A DNA stretch of 64,000 nt from an uncultured Nitrospiraceae bacterium (lineage in GTDB: Bacteria > Nitrospirota > Nitrospiria > Nitrospirales > Nitrospiraceae): positions 2,272,001 to 2,336,000 of the forward strand of contig CAWJWJ010000002.1 of the NCBI GenBank assembly GCA_963846575.1, given 5' to 3'. Below the pieces are notes generated by a model. That model made no database searches, was not told the origin of the DNA, and was given only the letters and a program-made list of their open reading frames with translations. Shown here in pieces: positions 1 through 9,345 of this stretch (within the stretch, counting starts at the first letter, position 1; each line of letters opens with the position of its first letter). A program made the translations under genes and the position numbers.

Positions 1-577
1 CGGTGACGCGGCAACCCAACTGTTCCAGGGCCTGCTTGGCTACCAGGGAGGCTGCTCCGTTACCGCAATCGATCACCACATGGAGATGATCCGCCCGAAC
101 GCCGGCAAAATCCGCCTTGAGGTGCTGCAAATAATCCGGAATGATCGCGTGAGCGGACAGCTTCCCGGAACCGGAGGCGAATCGACCGGTTTCCATCACC
201 CGCCGCAGGTGTTGGATGTCTTCGCCGTGAATGGCTTCTTTCTGAATGCAGATTTTAAACCCGTTGTATTCGGCGGCATTGTGGCTGCCCGTGATCATAA
301 TCCCGCCCTGCACCGGCAAGGTGAATAAGGAAAAATACAACAGCGGAGAGGCACAGAGTCCCAAGTCGACCACGTCCAACCCGCCGCCCAGCAATCCGCG
401 AAGCAATGCCTGTTGCAAACCCGGCGAACTCAGCCGCCCGTCTCGTCCGACGCTGATTCGCGCAATCCCCTGCTCCCGGGCTATGGTGGCGTAGGCACGA
501 CCGACCTGCTCGGCGATCTCCTCCGTGAGCTCTTCTCCGACGATGCCCCTCAGATCATACTCGCGAAACAATGCCAT
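1..577 (-). CDS. manB: Phosphomannomutase/phosphoglucomutase (AlgC/ManB family), 5' part; runs off the window edge
   Basis: Not in the ORF track. Manual translation from ATG at 577 gives MALFREYDLRGIVGEELTEE...VGRDGRLSSP...IMITGSHNAAEYNGFK...VIDCGNGA, including the catalytic-serine TGSHN motif of alpha-D-phosphohexomutases; follows manC directly. Confidence 0.93.
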   Translation of the reverse strand, partial: MALFREYDLRGIVGEELTEEIAEQVGRAYATIAREQGIARISVGRDGRLSSPGLQQALLRGLLGGGLDVVDLGLCASPLLYFSLFTLPVQGGIMITGSHNAAEYNGFKICIQKEAIHGEDIQHLRRVMETGRFASGSGKLSAHAIIPDYLQHLKADFAGVRADHLHVVIDCGNGAASLVAKQALEQLGCRVT

Positions 578-586
578 CTGACTCTC

Positions 587-2041
587 CTACTGGCCTCTGC
601 TCAAACGGCCGTAATCATCCTGGAAGCGCACAATATCGTCCTCGCCCAGATACGGACCGTTCTGCACTTCAATAATGTGCAGGACCTCCGTGCCGAGATT
701 CTCGAGTCGATGCGGCGTTTCAATGGGGATGGCGGTGCTTTCCCCCACTCGCAGATCGAGCCGCTCATCTCCCCTCGTCACCCGCGCGGACCCTGCAATG
801 ACGACCCAATGTTCGCTTCGTTTGTGATGGAGTTGTAGCGACAGGCGCCCTCCGGGGTGTACGGTGACACGCTTCACTTTGTACCCCGGCCCTTCCTCGA
901 GCACGGTATATGAGCCCCAGGGCCGGAAGACCGTCACGTGTTCCAAATGTTCCGGCGCGCCCTGTTGCTTCAGAATTTCGACCATCTTTTTGACGTCTTG
1001 TGATCGGGATTTCGGACACACCAGGGTCGCGTCCGGCGTATCCACGACCACCATGTCCGTGAGGCCGATCGTCGCCACCACCCTTCGATCGGCATACAGC
1101 ACGGAGTTGCTGCTGTCCAGATCGATGACGCGGCCGCTGACCACGTTGCCGGCCTTATCCCGTGGAGCCACTTCTTCCAGGCTGCTCCAGTTGCCGACGT
1201 CCGACCACCCGAACGACACGGGAATCATTGCCGCATGAGCCGACTGTTCCATCACCCCGTTGTCGATCGAGACGGAGGGGACCTTCTTGTAGGCGCTCTC
1301 GATGAGATGCGGCTCAGCCCCGGCCGCGATCAGGGCATCGACCTTTTGCATGGCCTTGGCCAATAGGGGCTGGTGCCGATGTATTTCGTCAAGAATGGCC
1401 GCCGCCGTCCACAAAAACATGCCGCTGTTCCAGAAATAGTTTCCGTTTCTGAGGTACTTCGCCGCGGTCGTCCGATCAGGCTTCTCGACAAATCGCGAAA
1501 CGGCGTGGCCGGTCAGACGCCCCTTTTTAGCCAGGGCCGTCCGTCGATTCGGGTGAATGTACCCATACCCTGTTTCCGGCCTGGTCGGCTTGATTCCGAA
1601 GGTCACGAGATGGCCGCCCTGAGCCAACTGGCACCCCAAGTCCACGGCGGCCTGGAAGGCCTTCTCCCCCGTCACCACATGGTCCGCCGGCAACACCAGC
1701 ATGATCGCCTCCGGATCCCGTCGCACCAGTTCTCCTGCGACCAGCGCGATGGCCGGAGCAGTGTTGCGACCGACCGGTTCAACGACGTAATTGTCCTTGA
1801 GCGCCGCCTTCCACTCGGACAACTGTACCCGAATGGAATCCGCCTGCCCGGGATTCGTGGAGATCATAACCTGTTCAGGTCCGGCACAGGAGAGGACGCG
1901 GCGCATGGTCTGCTGAATGAGGGTCTCGTTGCCGATGATCCGCAGCAGTTGCTTGGGGTACAGATGCCGGCTCAACGGCCAGAACCGCGTGCCGCTGCCG
2001 CCTGCTAAGATTACCGGATAGAGATGGTCTTTCACATTCAT
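587..2041 (-). CDS. manC: Mannose-1-phosphate guanylyltransferase / mannose-6-phosphate isomerase
   Basis: PVILAGGSGTRFWPLSR..PKQ, EPVGRNTAPA, FVEKP and WSDVGNW motifs plus a C-terminal cupin (RPWGSY, SLQLHHKRSEHW). Start placed at ATG 2041 behind GGAAGGTGGGG. Confidence 0.96.
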   Translation of the reverse strand: MNVKDHLYPVILAGGSGTRFWPLSRHLYPKQLLRIIGNETLIQQTMRRVLSCAGPEQVMISTNPGQADSIRVQLSEWKAALKDNYVVEPVGRNTAPAIALVAGELVRRDPEAIMLVLPADHVVTGEKAFQAAVDLGCQLAQGGHLVTFGIKPTRPETGYGYIHPNRRTALAKKGRLTGHAVSRFVEKPDRTTAAKYLRNGNYFWNSGMFLWTAAAILDEIHRHQPLLAKAMQKVDALIAAGAEPHLIESAYKKVPSVSIDNGVMEQSAHAAMIPVSFGWSDVGNWSSLEEVAPRDKAGNVVSGRVIDLDSSNSVLYADRRVVATIGLTDMVVVDTPDATLVCPKSRSQDVKKMVEILKQQGAPEHLEHVTVFRPWGSYTVLEEGPGYKVKRVTVHPGGRLSLQLHHKRSEHWVVIAGSARVTRGDERLDLRVGESTAIPIETPHRLENLGTEVLHIIEVQNGPYLGEDDIVRFQDDYGRLSRGQ

Positions 2042-2080
2042 GACGGACGCCCCACCTTCCCCATGCACCACAGTGTCGAA

Positions 2081-2620
2081 TTAGCGAGTCTGCTGCGCAG
2101 CCAGTATGAGATCGGCCAATTCCCGCACCGCACCCTCGCCGCCCTTCTGTTTACATACGTACCGGACCGTCTTCAAGACAACCGGCATGCCGTCTGCCGG
2201 AGAAGCTGAAAATCCGACCGCGCCCAGGGTCTGCAGATCGTTGATGTCGTCTCCGATATAAGCCACCTGCTCCATGGTGAGGTTGTGCCGCGCAATGAGA
2301 TCCTTCAACACCGCAAGTTTGTCGAAGGCGCCTTGATGGACCTCTGGAATCGTCAACTTCTGCGCACGGCGCATCACGATTTTGGTGGATTCTTGGGTAA
2401 TGATGGCGGTCAGAATACCCGCCCGTTGCAGCAACTTGATTCCCATGCCATCGCGTGTATTGAACTTTTTCAACTCGTCGCCGGACTCGGAGTAATACAT
2501 TCCGCCATCCGTCAAGACTCCATCCACATCGGTCGCAACCAGCCGGATGCGACGGAGAATCCGTTGCAAAGACAGACGAGGCGCGGGAGGATTTTTTTTG
2601 CGACGATTTGTACCGGGCAT
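2081..2620 (-). CDS. KdsC/YrbI-family HAD phosphatase (Kdo-8-P or nonulosonate-9-P phosphatase)
   Basis: DVDGVLTDGG, FNTRDGMG, YIGDDIND and GGEGAVRE motifs. Start moved to ATG 2620 because a promoter overlaps the longer ORF start. Confidence 0.9.
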   Translation of the reverse strand: MPGTNRRKKNPPAPRLSLQRILRRIRLVATDVDGVLTDGGMYYSESGDELKKFNTRDGMGIKLLQRAGILTAIITQESTKIVMRRAQKLTIPEVHQGAFDKLAVLKDLIARHNLTMEQVAYIGDDINDLQTLGAVGFSASPADGMPVVLKTVRYVCKQKGGEGAVRELADLILAAQQTR

Positions 2621-2643
2621 TCGGGGGCTTTCAGCTGAGGGCG

Positions 2644-2672
2644 ATGTTAACAAGGCACCGGATAAAACTCAA
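2644..2672 (-). promoter_or_regulatory. Sigma70-type promoter for the HAD phosphatase-manC-manB unit
   Basis: Minus strand TTGAGT (2672-2667), 17 nt spacer ending TGT, TAACAT (2649-2644): extended -10 with ideal spacing. Confidence 0.6.
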
Positions 2673-2749
2673 CAAAACTCAGCCATGTAGGACCGTGCGC
2701 CAGCCAGGATGAGAGATGAATACCCCCGACCGATGCCTTGGTGGAAGGA

Positions 2750-4150
2750 TCAGTACGCATGACGGTGGATAAACCCTCTCCACAAGGTGAGCAGCATGAT
2801 TTTGACGTCGAACCAGATGGACCAATGCTCAATGTAGTAGAGGTCGTGCTCGATCCGCTTTTCCAGCGACGTATTCCCTCGCCAGCCGTTGATTTGCGCC
2901 CACCCGGTGATCCCGGCCTTCATTTTGTGTCGCAACATGTACTGCGGTAGAGTTTCGCGAAAACGCGCGATGAATTCCGGCCGTTCCGGCCTGGGCCCCA
3001 CAATGCTCATTTCTCCCCGCACGACATTCCAGAATTGCGGTAGTTCGTCCAGGCTGGTTCGGCGCAGGAAGGCTCCGATCGGTGTGCGGCGGTCATCGTT
3101 AGGCTGCGTCCAGACCGGACCGGTTTCGGACTCCGCGTTGACCTTCATCGACCGGAACTTCAACATTTCGAACGCTTGCCCGTCGAGTCCCATTCGAAGC
3201 TGACGGAAGAACACCGGACCGGGAGACGTCGCTTTGACCAACAGCGCCACGGCACACAACACCGGCGCGAACAGCACCAAAGCAGCAGCAGCTCCGACCA
3301 CATCCAGGATGCGTTTAATCACAAGGTTCCAGCCGTGTAAGGGCGACCCCTGGAGCGTGATGAGCGGAAGCCCCTCGAACATCTCGGCCTCTGCCCGGAG
3401 ACTCATGAACTCACACATGGCCGGCAAGGCCTTCACCTCCACCATGGTGTTGGACAAGATGCCAAACATCTTTTCCACCCACCGCTCATCTTCCGGAGGA
3501 AGACATACAAACACGATGTCGATACCCGACTGCACGAGTTCTTCCAGATCATCGTATCGTCCCAGGACCGGAACGTTCTGGATACGTTCGCCTACTTTTC
3601 CCGGATCCGCACTCAGAAACCCCTGCACATGGACGCCCAGTTCAGGATGTTCCGCCAGAGCGGTCACCACCCGGCGACCCAATCGACTGGCACCGATCAC
3701 CAGCGCATGGCGTTGGTTATATCCTTGCCGGCGAAGGAAGCGAAGGGCCTCCCTGAACAGCACGCGCGAAAATCCCAGTGTGACGAGATTCAACAGCCAG
3801 AAATACAACAGCACCAGCCGGGAATATTCGTGCTGCCGCAAAAAAAATGTCAGGGCGACCAGAATCAATACCGAGAGAGTATTAGCTTTGGCGACATCGA
3901 GAAATTCGCCAAGCCGCGTCCCCATCCGGCGAGGGCGGTAGAGGTCGAAGGCTTGAAACGACATGCCCCAGACGGCGATGATCGGCACGAGCAGCAGAAG
4001 GTATACATCCAAGGGGGGAATCCCCTTGGGCGCCGGTTCGATGATTTCCGAGAAACGAAGATAATAGGCGCCGATCCAACAAGCGCAAATCAGCCCGAGG
4101 TCGATGAAGAACAGGAGGCTCTTGAGAAATTGAGAGTGGCGTTTGAGCAT
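2750..4150 (-). CDS. wcaJ: Undecaprenyl-phosphate glucose phosphotransferase (WcaJ/WbaP-type initiating transferase)
   Basis: Four N-terminal TM helices, then KRILD, KFRSM, LRRTSLDELPQFWNV..GEMSIVGPRPE, GITGWAQING and DLYYIEHWS motifs. Confidence 0.92.
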   Translation of the reverse strand: MLKRHSQFLKSLLFFIDLGLICACWIGAYYLRFSEIIEPAPKGIPPLDVYLLLLVPIIAVWGMSFQAFDLYRPRRMGTRLGEFLDVAKANTLSVLILVALTFFLRQHEYSRLVLLYFWLLNLVTLGFSRVLFREALRFLRRQGYNQRHALVIGASRLGRRVVTALAEHPELGVHVQGFLSADPGKVGERIQNVPVLGRYDDLEELVQSGIDIVFVCLPPEDERWVEKMFGILSNTMVEVKALPAMCEFMSLRAEAEMFEGLPLITLQGSPLHGWNLVIKRILDVVGAAAALVLFAPVLCAVALLVKATSPGPVFFRQLRMGLDGQAFEMLKFRSMKVNAESETGPVWTQPNDDRRTPIGAFLRRTSLDELPQFWNVVRGEMSIVGPRPERPEFIARFRETLPQYMLRHKMKAGITGWAQINGWRGNTSLEKRIEHDLYYIEHWSIWFDVKIMLLTLWRGFIHRHAY

Positions 4151-4157
4151 ACCCGCT

Positions 4158-5333
4158 TTACGACGCGGTGCCGGTCAGCGCCGCCATGGCGAAGGCTTCT
4201 AGACGTTGTTTGAAAAGCCTCTGGTCAAAGCCGGCGACGTGGGCTCGGATGGCCTGCGGATCGAACGCCGCCCGATCCTGCTCGAACCGCGCTATTGCTT
4301 GCACAAGGGATTCCGCAGACTGTTCGGGGAAAAATACTCCCGTGGGAACCGCTACTCCAGCCTCCATAGAATCCCACCCCCCTTGCCCTAGCCTTATGGC
4401 CGGGTCGGTCTCGACGTCCAACGGCACCACAGTCTCTAACGCCCCGCCGCGTCCAAAGGCGATCACGGGCTTCCCGCAGGCCATGGCTTCGAGCGGGACG
4501 ATACCAAAATCCTCCTCGCCGGGGAAGAGCAGCGCCTGGCATCGCGCGTAATGGTCCCGTACCACGCTGTCCGGCTGCCAACCAAGGAACTCCACGGTCG
4601 ACCCGGCGATCTTTCGCAATCTCGGCTCCTCCTGTCCCTTGCCGATGATCTTCAGCCGCCGCTTCATAACATTACACGCCTGAATCGCCAGATCAACCCG
4701 CTTATACGGCGCAAATGCCGTGACCATGAGGTAAAAATCCTCGGAGTGCTCCGCCGACTGAAACGACTGCCAATCCACCGGCGGGTGCAACACGGAAGCC
4801 GTCCGACTGTAATACCGGAGCACCTTGCCGGCGATGTTGTGCGAATTGGCCACAAACTGATCCACTCGCGCGGCGGATGCTACATCCCACACTTGCAGCC
4901 TGGTGCGAAACAGCTCCATACCTACTCGGGCCACTGTCCCGGAGCGTCCGCCGCGAGCATAGTTGTCGAACTGATCCCAGACATACCGCATGGGCGAATG
5001 GATGTAGCAGAGATGCCTTGCTCCGGGCGGCGGACGAATGCCTTTGGCGACGCAATGACTCGAACTCAAGACCAGATCGTAGGACTGGAGTTCAAACCGT
5101 TCGATGGCGAGGGGAAAGAGGGGGAGATAATAGCGATACCACCGTTTGCTCCATGGCAGCGACTGGATAAAACTGGTACGGATCCGATGACGCTCAATCG
5201 TAGGCGAGACCGACCCCTTGATATGAAGAAGCGTGTAAATGTCGGCGTCGGGAAACAGTTCACAAAATGCCTCCAGGCAACGTTCGCCGCCACGCATTCC
5301 GGTCAGCCAGTCGTGAACAATCGCAACCTTCAC
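4158..5333 (-). CDS. GT4 glycosyltransferase (WbaZ-like, probable mannosyltransferase)
   Basis: MKVAIVHDWLTGMRGGE, YIHSPMRYVWD and EDFGIVPLEAMACG (EX7E) motifs. Confidence 0.9.
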   Translation of the reverse strand: MKVAIVHDWLTGMRGGERCLEAFCELFPDADIYTLLHIKGSVSPTIERHRIRTSFIQSLPWSKRWYRYYLPLFPLAIERFELQSYDLVLSSSHCVAKGIRPPPGARHLCYIHSPMRYVWDQFDNYARGGRSGTVARVGMELFRTRLQVWDVASAARVDQFVANSHNIAGKVLRYYSRTASVLHPPVDWQSFQSAEHSEDFYLMVTAFAPYKRVDLAIQACNVMKRRLKIIGKGQEEPRLRKIAGSTVEFLGWQPDSVVRDHYARCQALLFPGEEDFGIVPLEAMACGKPVIAFGRGGALETVVPLDVETDPAIRLGQGGWDSMEAGVAVPTGVFFPEQSAESLVQAIARFEQDRAAFDPQAIRAHVAGFDQRLFKQRLEAFAMAALTGTAS

Positions 5334-6688
5334 GGGAGAGGCCTGGAGCCTGCAGGTGCTCGTAGGAGCATCGAATTCGCTGTCGCCGGTGGGACCGGGC
5401 TCTTGAGGGTATCAAGTTCCTTCCGCGCGAGGCGGAAGTATGACACGAGCAGGAGCAGGGCGAGAAATTCCAGCCCGACCGCGGCGATGACAGGTCCCCA
5501 TACACCGAACTGCCAGACCAGCAACGGAACCGTGATCAGCCCCGTCGTGGCCGAGAAGACATTCACACGGCACACATGGCGCTCGCGCCCGACGGCGATC
5601 AAGCCCAAAAGGAATGGCCGTTTCAACGAGCTCATTCCAATGGCGACACCAGCCCACCGCAGCAGACCGAAACTGGTGAGCACCTCGGGCGACCATCCTC
5701 CGCGTCGCTCCAGATAGGTCGTCGCGACCCATGCACCGACAATTCCGACCGTCATGGCGACCCCTGTGATCCAACTGACACGAATGATCTCCCTCTGGAC
5801 GATGCCCAGGCCTCGCGCTGACGCGTTGTCCGCATACGATTTCAGGAGGAGCTTCGAGAGTGACGCCCAGACGAGCTCAACGGCCGCGGTCGTCCTCTGA
5901 ACGAGACCGTACAGCCCCACGGCGGTATCGCCAAGCATGACACCCAGCAACACCAAGGGCGCCCGCACGTCCACAACCACCGCCAGCTGGTTGCTGCCAA
6001 GCCACCGGGATTGCCGTAAGAGGCTCCCATATTCTGCCCGCAGCGTCGGCACGCTGACCAACCGGCCTGCAGTGAGCCACACATAGGCGAGCAGAATTAA
6101 CAGACCAGCACCGATTCCAATCCCGAGCCCCAGGCGAAGTGCGTCAGAAGTTGCTGTGCCGCCTGCAGCGAACAACACAAGAATCGGGGCACCGTACACT
6201 GCGCTGCCTAGCAGCACCCTGAACAATGCCACCGCTGGATGCCGCTGCAGAACGAAACCCGCCGCTTCGCAGGAATCAGCCAGTGTGTGAAGATTGGCCG
6301 TAACGAGGCCTGCCATGAAAATGAGCGGCCATGCGGTCGGCCAGAGCCCAGTGACAAGCACCAGACCACCTGTGACGATTTCGATCAGCGATAACCCCAA
6401 CTTAACCGCAAACACCCCGAGAAAGACTTCCCGGGTCAACCCCGTCGGACCGGCTCCCAGCCTCAGCCAATGCTGACTGATGCCGAAATCGATCGCCGCG
6501 CCCAGCACTGACCCGATCGCGGCCCCGAACAAGAACGATCCGAGCAGAGGAAACGAGAGATACCCCAACCCTGCAACGAGGGCGTAGCGGCTTCCTTGCA
6601 AAAAGACGTCGGACGCCACGAGCCACAGGGCAGCCCGTTTCATCCGTCCGAACTGCATGATGTTAGGCATCCGGGAGAGAATGGTCAT
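5330..6688 (-). CDS. Wzx-like polysaccharide flippase (MOP superfamily)
   Basis: About 12 hydrophobic segments, DFGI motif near the N-terminus and LLGVMLGDTAVGLYG motif; 4-nt overlaps with both neighbours. Confidence 0.72.
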   Translation of the reverse strand: MTILSRMPNIMQFGRMKRAALWLVASDVFLQGSRYALVAGLGYLSFPLLGSFLFGAAIGSVLGAAIDFGISQHWLRLGAGPTGLTREVFLGVFAVKLGLSLIEIVTGGLVLVTGLWPTAWPLIFMAGLVTANLHTLADSCEAAGFVLQRHPAVALFRVLLGSAVYGAPILVLFAAGGTATSDALRLGLGIGIGAGLLILLAYVWLTAGRLVSVPTLRAEYGSLLRQSRWLGSNQLAVVVDVRAPLVLLGVMLGDTAVGLYGLVQRTTAAVELVWASLSKLLLKSYADNASARGLGIVQREIIRVSWITGVAMTVGIVGAWVATTYLERRGGWSPEVLTSFGLLRWAGVAIGMSSLKRPFLLGLIAVGRERHVCRVNVFSATTGLITVPLLVWQFGVWGPVIAAVGLEFLALLLLVSYFRLARKELDTLKSPVPPATANSMLLRAPAGSRPLP

Positions 6689-9312
6689 AAGGGCGCCACG
6701 TCCCCGAGCACCTCACGGTAGACCCGTTCCCAGTCGGTGAGCATGCGCGCCGGCATAAATCGCTCGCGAAGCACGATGCGGCCACGCTCCACCAGGGCCT
6801 CGCGTCTGACCGGGTCCCGGGCCAGATTGATTTGGGCCTGTGCCGCCGCCACCGGATTGTCCGACGGAAACAGCAATCCCCAGCCTTCCAGAACATCCCG
6901 GTTCCCTACCACATCGCTCGCGGCGATCGCTACTCCCCGCGCCATCACTTCCAGCAGCACGAGCGGCAGCCCTTCCCATCTCGAAGTAGATACAAACAAA
7001 TCAAATGCTGGCGCGAGGAGCTGCGCGTCCGCACGTCCCCCCAGAAAACGCACCCGTTCGTCCAACCCTGCCTCAGACGCCTTCAACCGATATCGTTCGA
7101 GGTCTCCGGCCTCTCCATCCCCAATCACGACCCAGATCGCGCGGGGAACGGCAGCCGCCACGATCGGGATCGAGGCAAGCAACAGGTCCAAACCCTTCTG
7201 ATGATGGAACCGGCCGACCCATCCGATAGCAAACTGCTCGGGCAGCAGCTCGAGCTCCTGCCGTACCGTCTCCCGGTCCGGGACACGGGCACGGTCTGCC
7301 GACAGGTCAGAGGTCATGCTTGAGAGAACCACATGCGAATCTCGAACCTGCAATCTGAGCTGTTTCGCAACCGCGCGTTCCCCCTCCGACACATATACTA
7401 CTGTGTCAAAGACGAGCCGGAAGGCATACTCCACGCACCAAATAACGAAAAACGGCACGCCACGCGCATAGGCGTAGTGAGGTCCGTGCGGGGTGTATAG
7501 GACCGGGACGCGTACGAGTAATTTGACCCAGAGCGCGAAAAACGCAGCCCCTCGACCGTGCACATGGAGCGCAGCCGGCGACCGTAGGATCGCAGCCGAC
7601 AATTTGAGGACCGACCCCAGACGTGGACGACGCATAGGCATCACGATCACCTTCGCGCCCAACTCGCGCCAGAGATCCACATGGGGCTTCTCATCAGAGC
7701 AGTAGATCCGCACCTGCTTCCCCTGCTGAAGCTGATACCGCGCCAGAGCCGTGACGTACACCGGCCCCCCACTCATGCCCGCTGTGGCAGTGAGATGGCT
7801 GATATGGTGTGGCAGCAACGACCGTAAGGCGGCTCCACAGAGGCCGAGCGCCAATCCGAATAGCATAGTCCAATGCAGCAGCAGGTTATCGGTCAGGAGT
7901 TCCTCCCCGGCAGCGCTCACGACAAGCAACGGCGGCCACAGCGCGAGCAGTACCCACCCGAGCGCCGACAACGCCACGGCATTCGGACTCCTTGCTGGAA
8001 TGAAGACGCAGGTGACGGCCACCCACAGCAACCAGAGACAGAGCAGCAGCAACGGAATCAACGGAACGATCCCCCCCTTGATCGCCAGATCCAGGTAGAG
8101 GTTGTGGGCTGTTTGAAACTCCTTGTTGTACCCTTCGTAAGGCAACCCGACGACCTCCTCGACGAATCGCCGGCGGTCGTAGCCGATCCCCGTCAGCAGG
8201 GTCAGCGGATGCTCCATGACATAGCGGGCGGACTTGCCCCACAGCCATACACGGGTCTGTACATTGCGGACCGCCGCGCGCGCCCTGCCCTCCGGGGCGA
8301 TATTGGGAGTCTGGCGGCCGGCGATCGTCGCCTGTAGCTCCAATGGGCTCTCCAGCGTCTCTTGCATCCGGTCCAACGTGGGAAGCTGCGGCGCGACGGT
8401 CCGCTGCGCCGCCGCCACCGTCAGCGGAAGCACGAGGATCAGAGCCGCCGTGCCGATGCGCCGTGGCTGTGGCAGGGCTCCGTTGGGGTTCGCGACCACC
8501 AGGAGCAGCAGCATGACCAGGGTGCCGGCCAGCAACAGCAAACTCGTCCGTGAGCCCGTGATGAGGACGGCGAACAGGGCTGTCGGACAAAACAGGATCG
8601 CCTGTGTGACCGCGTAACGCGGCCGCACCACGCCGTTCCAGCCGCGAAAGACGGCCAGACTGAGACTGAAGGCCAGTACGAGCACGAGATACATACCATA
8701 GGCCCCGTGGCTCATGGTGTCCGCCCGCACCGTCAGCCCCTCGCCGGAGAGCACCTCTCCGAACAGACCCATAGCAAAGTACGTCGTCCGCTCATCCACA
8801 TAGGCGTTGTAGTAGCGGCCCGAAAGGGCTTGCAGGAATCGCAGGAGGGAGTAGCACAGGGTTGCGAGCGCCACGAGAGGCAGGACATAACTCACCAGCG
8901 CGAGGACGCGGTCCCCGGTTCTGACTACCAGCAGGGTCGCCAGCGGAAGGGGCGCCAGATACAGCCCCAGTTTGATCAACAGCAGCCACCCGGCCGACTG
9001 CACGGAACCGAGGCGAAGGCCGTTGACGAGCAGCGAGGCCGCGAGCCCTCCGAGGACCAGGAGCAGCAGTGCGATCGGAATGTTCCAGGCCTGCCACTCG
9101 GCGACGTAGCGTCCGCTTCGGATCGATCCGAAGGTCCGCCGGATCACCAAGGCGACCCAGAGCCAGGCCGCGGCCAGCAGGGGGAGGAAGGGGTGCACGA
9201 CCAGACCGTCGCCCAGGCGAACCTTGAATAACACCGGCGACAGCAGAAGCAGCGCAAGCAACGCCAACCCGGCTCGATCGATCGGCAGCATGCGCTTCGT
9301 CGCCGTATCCAT
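6685..9312 (-). CDS. Fusion protein: N-terminal O-antigen polymerase/ligase (Wzy_C/WaaL-like) plus C-terminal GT4 glycosyltransferase
   Basis: First ~495 aa are multi-TM with TGSRTS, R..LW, TGIGY and AHNLYLDLAIKGG motifs. Last ~375 aa are GT-B (GGPVYV, HVHG, TPHG, VGRFHHQKG, SRWEGLPLVLLEVMARG). No stop between the parts. Confidence 0.82.
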   Translation of the reverse strand: MDTATKRMLPIDRAGLALLALLLLSPVLFKVRLGDGLVVHPFLPLLAAAWLWVALVIRRTFGSIRSGRYVAEWQAWNIPIALLLLVLGGLAASLLVNGLRLGSVQSAGWLLLIKLGLYLAPLPLATLLVVRTGDRVLALVSYVLPLVALATLCYSLLRFLQALSGRYYNAYVDERTTYFAMGLFGEVLSGEGLTVRADTMSHGAYGMYLVLVLAFSLSLAVFRGWNGVVRPRYAVTQAILFCPTALFAVLITGSRTSLLLLAGTLVMLLLLVVANPNGALPQPRRIGTAALILVLPLTVAAAQRTVAPQLPTLDRMQETLESPLELQATIAGRQTPNIAPEGRARAAVRNVQTRVWLWGKSARYVMEHPLTLLTGIGYDRRRFVEEVVGLPYEGYNKEFQTAHNLYLDLAIKGGIVPLIPLLLLCLWLLWVAVTCVFIPARSPNAVALSALGWVLLALWPPLLVVSAAGEELLTDNLLLHWTMLFGLALGLCGAALRSLLPHHISHLTATAGMSGGPVYVTALARYQLQQGKQVRIYCSDEKPHVDLWRELGAKVIVMPMRRPRLGSVLKLSAAILRSPAALHVHGRGAAFFALWVKLLVRVPVLYTPHGPHYAYARGVPFFVIWCVEYAFRLVFDTVVYVSEGERAVAKQLRLQVRDSHVVLSSMTSDLSADRARVPDRETVRQELELLPEQFAIGWVGRFHHQKGLDLLLASIPIVAAAVPRAIWVVIGDGEAGDLERYRLKASEAGLDERVRFLGGRADAQLLAPAFDLFVSTSRWEGLPLVLLEVMARGVAIAASDVVGNRDVLEGWGLLFPSDNPVAAAQAQINLARDPVRREALVERGRIVLRERFMPARMLTDWERVYREVLGDVAPL

Positions 9313-9345
9313 AAATCACCGTGCTCCTGTCGAACGAATCGGCCG

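Noticed and set aside
3840..3847. T8 run in wcaJ, and A8 run at 2592-2599 in the HAD phosphatase
   Set aside because: Both are in frame with no evidence of an alternative product.
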